Source: Blasia pusilla
Lineage: Eukaryota
Reading direction: 5' to 3'
DNA length: 64,000 nt
Assembly: GCA_050084515.1 (NCBI GenBank)
Contig: CM114271.1
Location: 38,812,001-38,876,000 of the forward strand
Positions 60,545-64,000 of this stretch are shown here, in pieces. Under the pieces are notes generated by a model, which did no database searches, was not told where the DNA came from, and worked only from the letters and a program-made list of their open reading frames with translations. Both the position numbers and the translations under genes were made by a program. Each line of letters begins with the position of its first letter. Positions within the stretch are counted from its first letter, which is position 1.

Positions 60545-63512
60545 GAAATTGGCAAGTGTGATTTTTGAGCTCGTGGTCACAACTACATTTTGCTCAAAAC
60601 TTTGCATGAGTGCTAGAAACGCAACTTTAGAAAGTTGGACATAATGAAAAATGAAAAAACCTTCTTTCCATTGAAGGTTTAGTGGTTTGGTGCCAAAAGG
60701 TACTTACATTTTTTTGGGGTTTTCCTCACAACTCCATTTTGGTTGAACCTTGGCAAGAATAGAACAGGCACCTTGGAAACCATGTAGGAAAATTTTCAGC
60801 TTAAGATGAAAAATGAAAAACCTCATTTTGATAGAAGGTTTGATGGTTCGAGTCCAAAAAGGAGTAAGAACTTTTCGAGCATTTTCTCACAACTCCATTT
60901 TTCCCAAAACTTGGCAAGAATGCAAGATGAATCTTAAAGACCCTGTTGGCCACATTTCAGCTCAAGATGACAAATTTGGACAAGATGAAAAATGAAAAAA
61001 TCTTATTTTGGTAGAAGGTCTAATGATTCAGGTCAAAAAAGGAGTTAGAACTTTTTCAGCTTTTTCTCACAAGTTCATTTTGCCTGAAACTTGGCAAGAG
61101 TGCTAGATGTACCTTGGGGATGGTGTTGGCCAAATTTAACCTCAAGATGACAAATTTGGACAAGAAGAAAAATGAAAAAACCTTATTTTGATAGAAGGTT
61201 TGATGGTTCGGGTCCAAAAAGGAGTTAGAAAGTTTTGAGCTTTTGCTCACAACTTCATTTTGCCTAAAATTGGCAGGAGTACTAAGGTTAGGTTGGGGAT
61301 CATGTGGGCCAAATTGCAGCTCAAGATGAAAAGGTAAGACAAGATGAAAAATGGAGTATCGTTATTTTGGTAGAAGATCTAATGGTTCCGGTCCAAAAAT
61401 GAGTTAGAACTTTTTGAGCTTTTGCTCACAAATTCATTTTGCCTCAAACTTGGGAAGAATGCTAGATGAACCTTGGGGACCATGTTGGCCAAATTGTAGC
61501 TTGAGATGAGAAAGTTGGACCAGATGAAAAATGAAAAAACCTTATTTTGATAGAAGGTCTAATGGTTCGGGTCCAAAGAGGAGTTAGAACTTTTTGAGCT
61601 TTTGCTCACAACTTCATTTTGCCTTAAACTTGGCAAGAGTGCTAGATGAACTTGGGGGACCATGTTGGCCAAATTTCATCTCAAGATGACAACGTTGGAC
61701 CACATGAAAACCGGAAAAACCTCATTTTAGTAGAAGGTCTGATGGTTCGAGTCCAAAAAGGCGTTAGAACTTTTGGACCTTTTGGTCACAAGTTTATTTG
61801 CCTAAAACTTGACAAGAGTGCTAGATTCACCTTGGTGAACATGTTGGCCAAATTTCAGCTCAAGATGACAAAGTTGGACAAGATGAAAAATGGAAAAATC
61901 TTATTTTGGTAAGAATGCTAGATGCATCTCAAAGCCCTTGTTGGCCAGAATTTCAGTTCAAGATGACAAAGTTGGACAAGATGAAAAATGAGAAGGTAGA
62001 AGGTCTCATGGTTCGAGTCCAAAAAAGAATTAGAACTTTTTGAGCTTTTGCTCACAACTTTATTTTTCCTTAAAATTGGCAAGCGTGCTAGATGCACCTT
62101 GGGGACCATTATGGCCAAATTGCAGCACAAGATGAAAAAGTTGGAAAAAATGAAAAATGAAAAATAATTAATAGAAGGTCTAATAATTCATGTAAAAAAA
62201 GGAGTAAGTAATTTTTTAGCTTCTGCTCACAACTCTATTTTTCCTGAAACTTGGCAAGAGTGGAAGATGCACCTTGGGGACCATGTTGGCCAAATTGCAG
62301 CTCAAGATGACAAAGTTGGACAAGATGAAAAATGGAAAAACCTTATTTTGATAGAAGGTCTAATAATTCGGGTCCAAAAAGGAGTTAGTAATTTTTTGGC
62401 TTTTGCTCAAAACTCCATTTTTTGTGAAACTTGCCAAGAGTGCTAGATGCACCTTGGGGACCATGTTGGCCAAATTTCAGCTCAAGATGACAAAGTCGGA
62501 CAAGATGAAAAATGAAAAAACTATATTTGATAAAAAGGTCTCATGGTTCGGGTCCAAAAAGGAGTTGGTAATTTTTGAGCATTTTCTCACGACTCCATTT
62601 TTCTTAAAACTTGGCAAGAGTGCTAGATGCACCTTGGGGACTATGTTGGCCAACTTTCAGCTCAAGATGAGAAAGTTGGACAAGATGAAAAATGAAAAAC
62701 CTTATTTTGGTAAAAGGTCTTATGGTTCGCGTCCGAAAAGAAGTTAGAACTTTTTGAGCTTTTGCTCACACCTTCATTTTTCCCGAAACTTGGCAAGAGT
62801 GCTAGATGCACCTTGGTGAACATGTTGGCCAAATTTCAGCTCAAGATGAAAAATTTGGACAAGATGAACAATGAAAAAATCTTATTTTGGTAGAAGGTCT
62901 AATGGTTCGGGTCTAAAAAGGAGTTACAAATTTTTGAGCTTTTACTCACAAGTTTATTTTTCCTGAAACTTGGCAAGAGTGCTAGATGCATCTTGGGGAC
63001 CATGTTGGCCAAATTGTAGCTCAAGATGACAAAGTTGGACAAGATGAAAAATGAAAAAACTTATTTTGGTAAAAGGTGTGATGATTCGGGTCCAAAAAGG
63101 AGTTAGTAATTTTTTGGGCTTCTTCTCATAACTCCATTTTGGATGAAACTTTATTGGAGTTTAACATGCACCTTGGGGAACACGTGGGACAAATTTGAGT
63201 TCAAAATGCAAATGTTGGACAAGATAAGAAATGAAAAAAACCTTATTTTGATAGGTCTGATGGTTCGAGTCCAAAATGGACTTGCCACTTTTTGAGCTTG
63301 TGGTCCATATTCCATTTTGCTTTAAACTTAGCAAGAGTGCTAGATGCACCTTGGAGATAACGTGGGCTAAATTTTAGCTCGAGATGGAAATGTTGGACAA
63401 GATGTCCGATTAAAGACGGGTTCAAGGTTATCTGCTTAGGGTCCAAAATGTCATTTTAAACTTAATTTGGGATGAGAATTTGCCAGAGTGATAGATGTTA
63501 CTTGGGGACCAT
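60545..63512. repeat. Tandem satellite-like array, ~180-bp monomer, about 16-17 copies
   Basis: AAACTTGGCAAGAGTGCTAGATGCACCTTGGGGACCATGTTGGCCAAATTTCAGCTCAAGATGACAAAGTTGGACAAGATGAAAAATG... recurs at ~60907, 61087, 61266, 61446, 61626, 61806, 62072, 62247, 62427, 62607, 62786, 62966, 63145 and 63324. One unit near 61915 is truncated and the edges are more diverged. Confidence 0.95.
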
Positions 63513-64000
63513 CTGCACTATTCTATAGAATAATAGAAGAGTTCTTACATTTCACTCTTGGAAGTCATTACACTCTTGCAATCAAATATAAATGATATCC
63601 TACTCCCTAGAGTAAATTCATCCTTCCATAAAATTCAAACCAAATCTATTCATTCTCCATTAAAATTAAATTTCCCTTTCCATTACATATGAATCAAGAC
63701 ACCTCTGAATTTATTTATTTAACCTTTTCAAATCTATAAAAATTTAGTAATATTTATATTCACCTATTATAGTATTAAATAAAAATTAATTAATAAGTAA
63801 ATTTGGTTTTCTATTCCACCTAAGTCCCTTTCAAATTCTACCCCATGCAATATTGGTCACTAAAAAAATTCATACATTATTTTCCTTTACAATTCAATTC
63901 AAACATATATTTTCCTTCATTAATTTTGGAAAAAAAATTCGTCCCTTTTCCAATCCCCATCTTTCAAAATATAAGAGAAAAGCGCTTATTTTGATGAGTT

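Noticed and set aside
60545..63512. CRISPR-like array or repeat-protein ORFs (61646-61912, 62403-62747)
   Set aside because: Whole monomers are homologous with no unique spacers and no cas genes. The ORFs are stop-free runs through a satellite.

Overview
Nuclear DNA of a land plant. Spliced genes, gene style and the TE landscape suggest a non-seed plant such as a bryophyte, which is inference only. Three intact-looking genes can be reconstructed: TGD1 (chloroplast lipid ABC permease, 4 exons, 431 aa), ABCE/RLI (ribosome-recycling Fe-S ATPase, 11 exons, 605 aa) and an intronless DUF247/UPF0481 gene on the minus strand. Most of the rest is a nested graveyard of transposons. A MULE transposase is split by two nested Copia elements. 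A 7.3-kb region bounded by 52-bp inverted repeats has a solo LTR inside its left repeat and holds a Gypsy LTR-gag piece and a captured RelA/SpoT (RSH) HD-domain fragment. A Helitron Rep remnant is hit by both an hAT MITE (8-bp TSD) and its autonomous-type hAT relative, and a ~180-bp tandem array starts directly after that hAT transposase. There is also a (TG)139 tract with a perfect 57-bp duplication, a short mitochondrial rrn26-like insert, and long hairpins at TE truncation points. I see no convincing new protein-coding system. The strongest leads are the hAT family with its 180-bp array, the pack-like TIR element carrying a host gene fragment, and the fold-back junctions.
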